A stretch of 64,000 bases of DNA from Naegleria gruberi (Eukaryota), in NCBI GenBank assembly GCA_000004985.1, contig GG738892.1; one strand, 5' to 3'. Both the position numbers and the translations under genes were made by a program. A model generated the notes under the pieces. The model was not told where the DNA came from and made no database searches. It saw only the letters and a program-made list of their open reading frames with translations. Shown here piece by piece: positions 47,307 through 58,519 of this stretch (positions are counted from its first letter, which is position 1; each line of letters opens with the position of its first letter).

Positions 47307-50300
47307 ATGGCTACAAGCTCTGCTCATCTCAACCAAGAGAAGTATTGCACCCAACTCATCAACTTTGAGACCAAGCCAAGTATTACCAAGAAACAACTCA
47401 AGGAAACTTTGGAAGCCAGTCCTCAAAATGTTACCGATGATGAAAAGATAGAAGCCATGAAGACTCTCTTGATGATGCAATTGAACGGAGAAGATTTCTC
47501 CCACTTGCTCATGACCATCATTCAATATGTTTTGCCAAATCAAAACAAGATGATGAAGAAGTTGGCCTACTATTATTTGGAAACTATGAATAGAAGAGAA
47601 CCAGGTAGTGGTAAGATGATTTCGTACCTCTTGATGTGCTGGTATGTTTGTTGTTAGTGATTATTGTTGTTTTAACAAGATTTTCTTCTCCTTGTTACTA
47701 TGATTATTGCTAATTTATTATCCTAATAATATTATTATCCTTGTTGTATAATCTTCTTCACAACACATCTCATATTGATACTTTTATTGTATACAATTAA
47801 TAGCTCCCACATTAGAAACGATCTCCTTCATCCAAACGAATATGTCAGAGGTTTTGCTCTTCGTTTCTTGTCTCGTGTTCGTGAACCAGAAATGTTAGAA
47901 CCTCTCATCACTCCAATCCTTCAAAACTTGGAGCACAGAACATCCTACGTCCGTAGATGTGCAGTTACAACCATCTTTTCTATTTACAGCAATTCTGATG
48001 AAACTAATGGTGAAAGTCTTATTCCTGATGCTCCAGAGTTGATGGAAGAATTCTTAAAGACTGAAACTGAAATCTCTGCTATGAGACATGCTTTCATCAT
48101 GCTCTTCCACTGCGATCAAGAAAGAGCTGTAAGATACTTGAGAGACATTATGAATACTGTCAGTCAACAAGGAGACATTTTCCAATTGGCTATTTTGAAT
48201 CTCTTGAAGCAAATGTGTAAACAATACCCAAGTGAAAAGGCTATTTATCTCAGAGTTATTAGTAGCTTGTTGGAATCCAAGTCAAATTCTGTTGTTTATC
48301 AATGCTGTTGTACATTAGTTTCCCTTTCTTCCTCACCAATTTCTATCAAGTATGCTGCCACAAACTTTATCAAGCTTTTGCAAAATCACTCTGATAGCAA
48401 TGTCAAGTTGATTTGTCTCGAAAGATTGACTGAATTGAAGACCAAGTTTGGTGTTGATGTTATGCAACAAGAACAAATTGTTCTCGACTTGCTTCGTACT
48501 CTTTCTTCATCAACTTCTGTCAATTTGGATAATGACATTAGAAGAAAGATTTTAGAACTCGCTATGGAATTGATTTCTCCATACACTGTTGAGGCTGTTG
48601 TTAATGCTTTGAGACGTGAATTGCAAAAGTCCAGATCTGAAACTGTCGAATATGAAAAGCAATCTGAACAAGAATATCGTAGACATGTTATGCGTACCAT
48701 TCACATTTGTGTCAGAAAGTTCCCAGACCAAACCAACGCCTCTGTTCTTACTCTCATTGGTTCTGATCAATATTTGAGTGATGCTTGTGGTGTTGAATGT
48801 GCCATGCTTGTTCGTGAAGTTATTGAAATTTCTTCCAATGAATTCCGTGCTAAGGTTATTGAAAAGTTGTGTGAACATTTTGCTACTATTAACAATGCCA
48901 GAACCTTCCGTATTGTTTTATGGATTTTGGGTGATTATTGCGATAGTGCTGAACAAATTCAACAAACCTTCCAAACTGTTAAGGTTGAATTGACTGAATT
49001 AATTCAAAATGTTGATGAATTGGCTATTGACAAGCCAGAAGAAAATGATGATACCATCAGCGATGCTGGTAGTTTGAGATCTTCGAAGACTACTAGATCT
49101 ACTGCTACCACTTCTGCCATTGGTAAGGACGGTACCTATGTTACTCAATTTGCTGATACTCTCACCAGCACTGAAGCCAACAACAATGCAGTTGCTTCTA
49201 CCTCTTTGAAGGGATTGATTGAGGAAAGAAACTTTTACTTGGTTTCTGTTGTTGCCAACACTCTCACCAAGTTGGCTCTCAAGTTCAAGCAAATTAACAC
49301 TAACAAGAAGGAAGTTAACAAGATGATTGCTGAGGTTATGAATATTTTGGCTGTTCTTATTCGTATTGGTTTGAGCTCATCTGGTGCCTCATCCAAGAAT
49401 ACTGAAGCTGCTAAGGGCGTTGCTGAATTGGCTCACAAAGGAATCAAGATGGACAAGGACACCCTTGAAAGAATCAATTTGTGCTTGAAAATTTTGGCTT
49501 CCAAGTCTGATGATGAACTCTCATTGCTTGATATTAACGACAATCGTGGTGCTTTCACTCGTATTCTTGAAGAAGAAAAGACTAGAGAAGCTGCTGAACG
49601 TGAAGGGCTCAAATCCAAGAAGGAATTGCAACAAATTCAATGTGACTCCCTCATTCATGTACCTCAATTGAAGGGAAGATCTATTGATGCTATTGACTTT
49701 GAAGATGATCCAGCTGATATTTCTAGAGCCACCTCTAACTTGTCTGCCTCTATGGCTTCCGATCACGAAAAGCTCATGACCAGATTGAGCCGTGTTACTC
49801 AACTTACTGGTTTCTCTGATCCAGTTTATGCTGAGGCTCAAGTTGTTACTCACCAATTTGATATCATGTTGGACATTTTGGTTGTTAACACCACTAACCA
49901 AACCTTCCAAAACTTGACACTTGAAATGAGTACTGTTGGTGATTTGAAGCTCTGTGAACGTCCACAAACTTACACTCTCGCTCCAGGTGCAAGACAACAC
50001 ATTACAGCCAACATTAAGGTTTCTTCCACTGAAAATGGTATCATCTTTGGTAATATTGTTTATGACACTCCAAAGGGTGAATCTTTCTGTATTATTCTTA
50101 ATGATATCCATATCAACATTATGGATTATATCTTCCCAGCCATCTGTAATGATATTCAATTCCGTGCTATGTGGTTCGAATTTGAATGGGAAAATAAGAT
50201 TACTATCAAATCTTTCACTACCGATGTTTCCCTTAGAGATTATCTTACACTGATCAAGGATGTTACTAAGACTAACTGTCTCACACCTGAAAGTGCTCTT

Positions 50301-50513
50301 GATGGTGATTGTGAGTTCTTGTCTGCCAATCTCTATGCTAAGAGCAGCTTTGGTGAAGATGCTTTGGCTAACGTTTCTTTAGAAAAGTTACCAGAAGGCA
50401 ATATTGAAGGTGTTGTCAGAATTCGTAGTAAGACTCAAGGAATTGCGTTGTCATTAGGTAATATTATTGCTGATCAAACTAAGATGTTTGACGCAAAGAA
50501 GTTGAAGAAATAA
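47307..50513 (+). CDS. COPB1: Coatomer subunit beta (COPB1). Exon 1 47307..47641, 162-nt intron 47642..47803 (GTATGT...TTAATAG), exon 2 47804..50513.
   Basis: N-terminal LMTIIQYVLP...KKLAYYYL. The splice restores ...YLLMC|C-SHIRNDLLHPNEYVRGFALRFL (human ...[26 protein letters not shown]). Homology continues through the C-terminal domain. Confidence 0.9.
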
Positions 50514-50628
50514 ACTAATCTTTGAGTTTCTCAGATAAGTTCCTCTCCAAATTTTTGTGATCAATAACAATCAAGCTTAATACATTTGAACTATGGTCAC
50601 GAAATCATTTAGAGGTTAATAAATTAAT

Positions 50629-52847
50629 TTATGTAAGATTCTTTTTGAATATAGCTGCATCATCTTCTCTACTGTCCAGCAAACCTAGTAGGTTTGAAAT
50701 TTTGGCGAATATTGATGAAACTGAAAATGATCTACCACTTCTCGGTGTGGAAGGGCTGCTAGAGAGTTGTGTGAGCTTTTTGAGATTTTCTCGTGATTGT
50801 TGAGCAGCTTTCTTTTCCTCTGCATTCAACTCTTGTTCCTCATATTTGAGTGTGAGATTCTCCATCAGTCTGGAAGTGAGTCTAACACTGAATGAATATT
50901 TGAGAATTATATCAATATCCACATGCTCTGCAGTGTTATAGAGTTTTGTTGTTACTTCAGTCGCATTGGCACCTATAATTTCCTTCTTACTTAATTTCAT
51001 GAGACCAGCCATCAATCTTACCAACCTGTTAAAATTTGAACAATTAATTATCTCAGTTCAATGAAATAAACTTACATTTTCCAACCTTCATTGAGGAAAA
51101 TAGACCATATACGTTGCGAAGATGCAAAAGAGAATCTATTCGTACACAGTGTCATCAATATAGAACTGGCATACATTTCTGGAAGAATGTAATTCTCTTC
51201 TAGATGTTTGTGAATATCTGGAAGTCTCAACTTGATCAATTCTGACACCATGAACATAATCAACCTCAAACGTGGCAACCCCTCTGCAAAAATATCTTTC
51301 AATCCATGTTTTCCATTATTCATTATCTGAACAAAGAACCAAAAAGTGTCCTCCTCATCCTCCAGATTCATCAGTGCAAAACCACAAATAAAAGCCATTC
51401 CTTGACAATATCCTGTCTGCTTATCAAAGTGGCAATAGGCTTTCAAAATTCTAATAAGAGACATTTGACCTGGTCCATCCTTCTCACTGAAAAACTCGTA
51501 CTGTGGATAAGTTCTGTGAACATCTTTTAAAATTTTGTGAACATCGTCTTCCAGAATATCATCGTGCATTGTCAATTTTTTGTACAGACCAGGATACTTG
51601 TTAGAAAGCTCCTCAGACCCTACCATTCTCTTCCAAATAGTTTTGAGCGATTCCTTTGTTGGAATTCCTTCTCTGATTAATTTTCTGAATTGATTTGGAT
51701 TTTTTGTTACATATTCCTTATAGTTGGATGCTATTGATTCGAATAAATGAATTCTCTTACTATCGTGCTTGGATTCAAATATTATTGAGCTATATATTTT
51801 TGGTTGACTTGCATTGGTATTGCTAATCTCATTAACTGAAGGATAGTAATTAACAGCCTCATTCACTTTGAGTACAGATCCATTGCTACTCACTAAAATA
51901 CCATCAGTATCAGAGGATTTTACAGACAAAATATCTGAGCCCTTTAAATCTGATGATGAGTCTTCAAAATATCCATCTTTGACGTTTGAAATAATACCAT
52001 CATCATCATCAATATCACTCGAATATGTTGAGGTATCGTTTTCTATTTCACTATCATCGAAAATTTCTACATTATGCACAGGAGTTTCGGTTGATGAGGT
52101 TGTAGATGATGTTAATGCATGAAAATTGGTATTTACAACAATTCTTCTCGATATTCTTCGTTCTCTAACTTTAATAATTGATTCAGCGTCCAATTTTTCA
52201 CTTGAATTTGCTTGAACTTGTTCCTCCTCAACTTGTTTTACATTCTCTTCCGGTTCTACTATTGATACAGATTTTTCAATGTTTAATTCCGGTTGATTTT
52301 CATGTCTTGTTAATAATACCTCTTCATCGTGATGTTTATCCTCCTCCTCCTCCGATGATGCATTCCCTAAATCCATTACTTGCTCTTCTGTTGCAATTAC
52401 TAACACATTGCTATTAGTATCAACAATAGTTATTGATTTTTCTCCATTAGAATCTTCATCACAAGTAACAACCGATTCTGATTGCACAGTACTCGTACTA
52501 TTATTATTATTACTACACACAATCTTATCCACAACAATCGTACTATCACAATTATTATTATTATTAGTATTACAATCTATAACTTGTTCTTCTCCTCCGA
52601 TCGATAATTCTTCTTTACCATCATCAACAACATGACGATGATCCGATACGTTATTCATGATCATCATCTGCATCACGTTGATCTTCTCATCTTTAGTTTC
52701 ATTCATTTTCTTGTTGATTATTTCCTGTTGTTGATGCTGTTGATGATTATAATTTATCAACAATATCGATGGTGATCCTTCTTCATCACCCGTCGTGGAA
52801 CACGGCAGTGGAGGTTTTTCTGTCATGATTGTTTGATTTGGATCCAT
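50629..52847 (-). CDS. TBC-domain Rab GTPase-activating protein. Exon 1 51076..52847, 50-nt intron 51026..51075 (GTAAGT...TTTAACAG), exon 2 50629..51025.
   Basis: TBC signatures: IxxDVHRTYP (Arg finger) and YCQGMAF (Gln finger). The splice joins ...NEGWK|MLVRLMAGLMKL, continuing the TBC C-terminal helices. The N-terminal half is low-complexity (N/D/S/E). Confidence 0.8.
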
Positions 52848-53239
52848 TTTTTTGTAAAAGATTTTATTGGCGGGATTAGGAGTTGAGGAGTTATGTGATC
52901 AGATATAGTCCAGAATTATTATTGTCCATATGAGCTATTTTGTTTCATCACTGTTTTATCTTCATTTGATATTATTCAAGATTCAACTAGTAACCAGATT
53001 GTTCAATTCAGAGAAAAGATTCATTCAATAATTTAGTTCAATGTCAAATATGTTCAATATAGCCTTCTGATTTTTTACAATGCTTAATAAGGATATGACT
53101 ATTTCGAAATTTTTCAATCAGGAATGGACAAGATATAATTTTGTTGTTTGAATATTTAAGGCCACAAGCCATAACAGAGTGATAAACGTTAGAATAAGTG
53201 GTTCCTATGATCACCTTTGTCATATTAATCATAAAAACA

Positions 53240-53446
53240 ATGTCTTACACAGGAGGAGCATCTTATGAACAAATGGGAGAAGCAGCTGATCTTCGCGATT
53301 CCCATGAAAAAGGAAGTGAGGAGAGAATTGAATTGAATAAAATTGTTCACTGTAGGGAATATGAAGATGAATATGAACCACCAGGTGTATTTAGTGAAAA
53401 GGCGGAAGAAGTCCTTGAAAATTTAAGAGATGAGTCATCCAGGTAA
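53240..53446 (+). CDS. Small acidic ORF (about 68 aa). Uncertain.
   Basis: ATG-initiated ORF MSYTGGASYEQMGEAADLRD... ending next to a possible GTAAAA donor. It could be exon 1 of an unresolved gene. Confidence 0.2.
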   Translation: MSYTGGASYEQMGEAADLRDSHEKGSEERIELNKIVHCREYEDEYEPPGVFSEKAEEVLENLRDESSR

Positions 53447-53661
53447 AATAAATCTGTGAGTTTCACTCCATCAACATTCTTCTGATTCGTCTACTTTTGA
53501 AATTCAATTTATTTCATTTATTCAAGACTTTTGCATTCGGAATTTCAAGTTAAAGAATAAATGATATGAATTGAATTTCATGAAGTGAAATATTCCAATA
53601 ATTTGATGTAGGACAATAGTGGATCTATAGAGGTACGCTTCATGATGGTTATGTCTTAATC

Positions 53662-55845
53662 TCATTGTAAATGTTTTTGATATTTGGACACAGATTCCCA
53701 TTGTCTATAATTGGAAGTTTCTTGCAATCTTTTAAAAGTGTCCAACATGTTCAAAACCAGGTCAAATCCAACAACTTGCCATAACTTGTCAAATTCAATT
53801 TGTGATTTTTCTAGTGCTTGTTCTTTCAAATTGTAAAATTCCTTCTTACAACTCGAAGGAAGATTAACTTCAAATTTCGAATAACTCTTAATGAAAGTCT
53901 GATCAATTTCTTCCAATTCCTTCACAGAAACAAACTTTTGTCCCTTCAATTTCATCAGCATCGAATATAATTCAATATTTTCCAAACTAAACTCTTTGGA
54001 ACTATATTCTTTCAACAAGTTGAACAAATCTTCATTTTGTAAAACAACTTCCAATTCATCATTATTCTTCATTGGTTTCTTTCCATATTTCACCTTCTTA
54101 TAAATCTCAATCATGACCGTATTTCCTCCAGTGATGAGCACCATCGAGAGACAAATAATTGTGTTAAATAGTCCTCCAATCGAATCCCTTCCTTCAAATC
54201 CACCAATTATCGTATTTCCAAGAAGAATAATAATGATTACAATGATAATGAATGTTAATGAGAGGATATCGAGACGAACATAGAGTGGATCGTCAAAGAA
54301 TAGGAAATGGAATAGTCCAAGAGTTTTAATTCTCTTTGAATTTGAGATCATATCCAATATTACAAATAAAAGTCCTAGAATTGCACCCACTAGGATAAAC
54401 AATCCAAAAACAAAGGATCTGAATATGTCAGATGCCACTTTTAGTTCATTGAAAAACATGAATAGTCCCATGAGATTAAATAGCAAAGCTAGTAGAAATG
54501 TTAAAAGTACCGAAATAAGAATGCCACTTTTTTCTGAGGCCAATATTTTCATTAATCGTTCTCGTTTCGGATATTTTGTAATGAGAGAATATAAATTTCT
54601 CAAATAGTAGAATCTGACAACTGTTGCTGAATAGATAAAGACACCCCAAATTAACACAAATGTTGAAATATTGTAAACGACACAAACACATAGCCGAGAA
54701 AGATCAGTAAATGTCAACATCAGAATAAAAATGAGAATTGGAGTGTAGGGAAGTGCAATTCTTCTTCTAAGTGATGGTTTTTTAAACAATCCAAATCCAA
54801 ACAATAAAGCAAAGTATCCAAATATGATGAGAAATTGAGGAATTTTCCAATAGTCCTCCACTGGGTTATAGTTTTCTCCAACACATGCTGAGCTTTTACA
54901 CATGTAACATGATGAGGAGAGAAGCAAATTATTGAGAGAGCTCGTATTGAAATTGGTGGTTCCAATCTCAGAAAAAGGAGCTGATAACAAAAGTAAAGGA
55001 AGTTTGCTGTTTACAAGTGTCCAATTTCCTGAAAGAGATGATTTGGAAGTGATTCTCTCAATAATAGAAACATCTATTTCAGAAAAATTAGAATAACCTG
55101 TCAATAATCTAATGAATTGTGCATCTGACTCGTCAGGTAGATTGTCACATGAAGCCGTCTTCTCAACATGAAACAAATCAGTTTCACTCTCTATAGAAAC
55201 CGTTCTATTCGTATAAACCTCATACGGAATCAGTGGAATTGGCAAAAAATTCCCACTTTCCATCTTTTTCAAAGAACCAAATCCATTATTCCTATTATAA
55301 AATCTAACAAAGAAAGAAAAGGCATATGGTTCCATAAGGACAGCATCATACCTTTCCAAAAAGTAATTTCTATCAAGACAGATATCAAATGAAGGATAAA
55401 TGTTGTAAATGGTGCTTGATGAGTTGGAGAGAGGGGGAAATTCAGATGCTTGAATGGAAACATTGAAATAGTTAAAGGTGGAAGTTAAATATTGGGTGTG
55501 AAAAGTGGTGGCACCAATCGAGATTGGATTTGTTTTTAGCCAATTCATCACCAATTGTCTATTCACATCATGATTGGGGGAGGTGACATGTTGATTTTCT
55601 ATAAAGTCAACCAATTTACTTCCATTCTTCTTGAAAATGAAGAGTGTAAGAAAGGTTTTCACACCAATAATTTCATCGAATGAATTGACTTTTGAAAGAT
55701 GTTGTTTCGAATACAAAAGTTCCAATGGAATATTGGAAAAGGCATGAGCAAGATGTTGCATTGAAAAGCTCATGATTGCCACAAAGATGACGAGAAGGAG
55801 AAGAGAGAGGGAGCTTTTCATGTTTTTTTTATTATTTCTTGTCAA
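53662..55845 (-). CDS. Seven-transmembrane receptor with a C-terminal RGS domain (7TM-RGS hybrid)
   Basis: Signal peptide, a roughly 330-aa ectodomain, seven predicted TM helices, then an RGS box (FSLENIELYSMLMKLKG...FIKSYSKFEVNL...). Confidence 0.75.
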   Translation of the reverse strand: MTRNNKKNMKSSLSLLLLVIFVAIMSFSMQHLAHAFSNIPLELLYSKQHLSKVNSFDEIIGVKTFLTLFIFKKNGSKLVDFIENQHVTSPNHDVNRQLVMNWLKTNPISIGATTFHTQYLTSTFNYFNVSIQASEFPPLSNSSSTIYNIYPSFDICLDRNYFLERYDAVLMEPYAFSFFVRFYNRNNGFGSLKKMESGNFLPIPLIPYEVYTNRTVSIESETDLFHVEKTASCDNLPDESDAQFIRLLTGYSNFSEIDVSIIERITSKSSLSGNWTLVNSKLPLLLLSAPFSEIGTTNFNTSSLNNLLLSSSCYMCKSSACVGENYNPVEDYWKIPQFLIIFGYFALLFGFGLFKKPSLRRRIALPYTPILIFILMLTFTDLSRLCVCVVYNISTFVLIWGVFIYSATVVRFYYLRNLYSLITKYPKRERLMKILASEKSGILISVLLTFLLALLFNLMGLFMFFNELKVASDIFRSFVFGLFILVGAILGLLFVILDMISNSKRIKTLGLFHFLFFDDPLYVRLDILSLTFIIIVIIIILLGNTIIGGFEGRDSIGGLFNTIICLSMVLITGGNTVMIEIYKKVKYGKKPMKNNDELEVVLQNEDLFNLLKEYSSKEFSLENIELYSMLMKLKGQKFVSVKELEEIDQTFIKSYSKFEVNLPSSCKKEFYNLKEQALEKSQIEFDKLWQVVGFDLVLNMLDTFKRLQETSNYRQWESVSKYQKHLQ

Positions 55846-56359
55846 TTTACCCGGTAATGTGAAATGTCTAGTGAAATAGTTGAGAGCTATTATCCCTTAA
55901 TCTGACATGGACGAAACAAGGATCCTGTCCAATCTTTTACCCTTGCTTCTTGCCATATAAACAACATTCTTGCTTTTAATCAAAAATTGACACAATTTGA
56001 AGGACATACTCTCGTGAGTCTTCATCATGCATTGACATTATTCAAATCTGTGCAATTGAAAGCAGAAGAGATAGGCAAAGTGTTTATCGATAATTGTTTC
56101 AGTAACCAAATGGAATGTGCTTTGTAGCTGAAATTTCAAATTTCCAATCTTTACAGTTTCTAAGTTCTTTTGTAAACTAAATTGGTGAAATGAAATTGGA
56201 CTAGTGAACACTGCACAATTCTTCTATAAGGACGTACCTTTAATTTTAATCTTCGTCCGCGGACTTGCAAAATCCCTATTTTCTATTTCTAATAACTTTC
56301 TCAAAATTTCTTCAAAAACTTCCAAATTTTCCATTTTTCAAAAAAATTCAAAAAAAAAA

Positions 56360-57553
56360 ATGTCAACACAATCAATTCCCAACAGCAACAATATCAAAGT
56401 CTGCGTTACAGGTGCCACCGGATTTATTGCCTCTCACATTGTCTATCAGCTCCTTCTGAAGGGCTATACTGTACATGGCACTGTTAGATCGTTACCAAAG
56501 GGACAAGAGGAATTGATGAGTGCCCTCTTGAAATTTGATCAATTCTCGGAGGATGGACAGAAGAAATTGAGTGAAGAGATGATGAAGGAGAGATTGATTT
56601 GTTTTGAAGGTGATTTGTTGAAGGAGGGATGTTTTGAGAAGGCAATTGAGGGATGTCGATTTGTGCAACATACTGCTAGTCCGTATAAGATTGATGTGAA
56701 GGATCCACAGACTGATTTGGTTGATCCTGCATTGAAGGGAACTTTGAATGTTGTGAATGAATGTATAAAATTGAGAAAAACACAATCGAATGAGGATTCG
56801 AATAGATTGCAAAGAATTATACTGACCTCGTCGATTGCTGCTATTGTGGATACTGCATTGCCGGATAAGGTTTATACAGAGGAGGATTGGAATGAATTAT
56901 CTGGTTTGGATAAGAATCCATATTTCTATTCGAAAGTTGTTGCTGAAAAAGCTGCTTGGAAGGTGTTGAGACAAGCTGAATTGGAACATGGAAATGAATT
57001 TTTGGAATTGGCTGTCATTAATCCTAGTGCAGTAGTTGGTAGACCAATTTTTGAGAAACAAGTCAATCAAAGTCATGAATCAATCCAAAAAATAGCCAAT
57101 GGTGAATTTCCAGCCATTTTCAACTTGGCATTTGTTTTTGTGGATGTCAAAGATGTTGCTACAGCCCACGTTGCTGCAATGGAACATGAAATTGATAATA
57201 GAAGCAGATTTCTTCCATCAAAAGGTGAAAGATTCATTGCTGCAGGAGATGAAACTACAAACATGAAACAAATGTGTGACCTGTTTAGAGAATTATTCCC
57301 TAATCCTCCAAATACATGGATTAAGAATGTTCCAAGTTTTTCAATGGAAGGTGGTTTTGGAAATGCAGTGGCCAAGTTTGCAGGATTATTCCAACCAAAG
57401 GGAGTTCGTCAACTTGTCAATAGTTCTGTTGGAAAGCCAACCTATTTCTCAAATAAGAAGATTAGAGAAACATTTGGAATGACATTTATGGATGCTAAAA
57501 CTCAAATCAAAATTTCGACAGAGCATTTACTCAAATTAGGATTAATCAAATAA
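56360..57553 (+). CDS. NAD(P)-dependent epimerase/dehydratase-family reductase (GRE2 / cinnamoyl-CoA-reductase-like)
   Basis: Rossmann motif VCVTGATGFIASHIV. It has the overall length and conserved layout of GRE2/CCR/DFR-type extended SDRs. Confidence 0.8.
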   Translation: MSTQSIPNSNNIKVCVTGATGFIASHIVYQLLLKGYTVHGTVRSLPKGQEELMSALLKFDQFSEDGQKKLSEEMMKERLICFEGDLLKEGCFEKAIEGCRFVQHTASPYKIDVKDPQTDLVDPALKGTLNVVNECIKLRKTQSNEDSNRLQRIILTSSIAAIVDTALPDKVYTEEDWNELSGLDKNPYFYSKVVAEKAAWKVLRQAELEHGNEFLELAVINPSAVVGRPIFEKQVNQSHESIQKIANGEFPAIFNLAFVFVDVKDVATAHVAAMEHEIDNRSRFLPSKGERFIAAGDETTNMKQMCDLFRELFPNPPNTWIKNVPSFSMEGGFGNAVAKFAGLFQPKGVRQLVNSSVGKPTYFSNKKIRETFGMTFMDAKTQIKISTEHLLKLGLIK

Positions 57554-57686
57554 TAATTAATTCATTTCAACTAATTTATATATATATATATATTGTATAA
57601 ATAAATAATTTATTATGCTATTTGAAATTAAAGAATTATGATACAGTTACTGGTATTTCTCTGCTGGTACACAGGTAAAATTGAAT

Positions 57687-58274
57687 TTACATGATACAAC
57701 ACTTCCTTTGCTTTTTAACAGAAGTTGTGGAGCTCTTTTTCTTTTCTATAGATTTCTTTCTAAGCATTGAATTAGTTTCTCTAATAATTTCTTCGAAACA
57801 TTCATTAATGTTCTGACCTGTTTTGGCTGATGTTTCGAAAAAGTGTTTAATCTGTAATGATTCTGCAAGATTTTTGCCTTGTGTGTTAGAGACTTGTCTT
57901 TCAGATGTCAAATCACACTTATTTCCAACCAGTACGAATGGAATTGTTTCAGTATTCTTTGCTCTCTTTACTTGTTCGACGAATATTCTAATCTCATCCA
58001 AACTTTTTCTGTTGGTAACATCATAAACAAGAATGAAACCATCACGTTGTCTCATGTAGACATCTCTGAGTGAGTAGAATTCCTCCTGACCAGCTGTATC
58101 AAGAATATCGACAAAGAATGTTTCTCCATCAACAATTTCTTCTTTCATGTATGAATCTTCAATTGTTGGATCGTAGAATTGTTCCGTGTTGAATTTGTTT
58201 TCAATGTGTCTGATGGTAATACTTGATTTACCTGTGGCACCTCCTCCAACAATTGCAATACTTAATTCTGGCAT
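57687..58274 (-). CDS. Ras-family small GTPase with a C-terminal CAAX box (CCIM)
   Basis: Motifs G1 GGGATGKS, switch I YDPTIEDSY, DTAGQE, NKCDL, ETSAK, and a terminal CCIM. Confidence 0.85.
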   Translation of the reverse strand: MPELSIAIVGGGATGKSSITIRHIENKFNTEQFYDPTIEDSYMKEEIVDGETFFVDILDTAGQEEFYSLRDVYMRQRDGFILVYDVTNRKSLDEIRIFVEQVKRAKNTETIPFVLVGNKCDLTSERQVSNTQGKNLAESLQIKHFFETSAKTGQNINECFEEIIRETNSMLRKKSIEKKKSSTTSVKKQRKCCIM

Positions 58275-58519
58275 CTTTTAAGGGTTATTAATGTTTTGTA
58301 GATATTTGTTTTTGTTGTGAATTTACATTGCAGGTAATTCCTTAGTGGGGAATTTATATTAAGCATGATGAAGGATGTTGATATTATTAGAGAGTGATGA
58401 AGAACCTCTCCCGAGAATGTTCTTATCGTGTTCTTGATGTGTTCTTGGGAATAAGCAAAGACAGTAAAATTGATGTTCCTTAATATTCTTAATGAAATGG
58501 GAACTTGCCTAGTTGTGGT

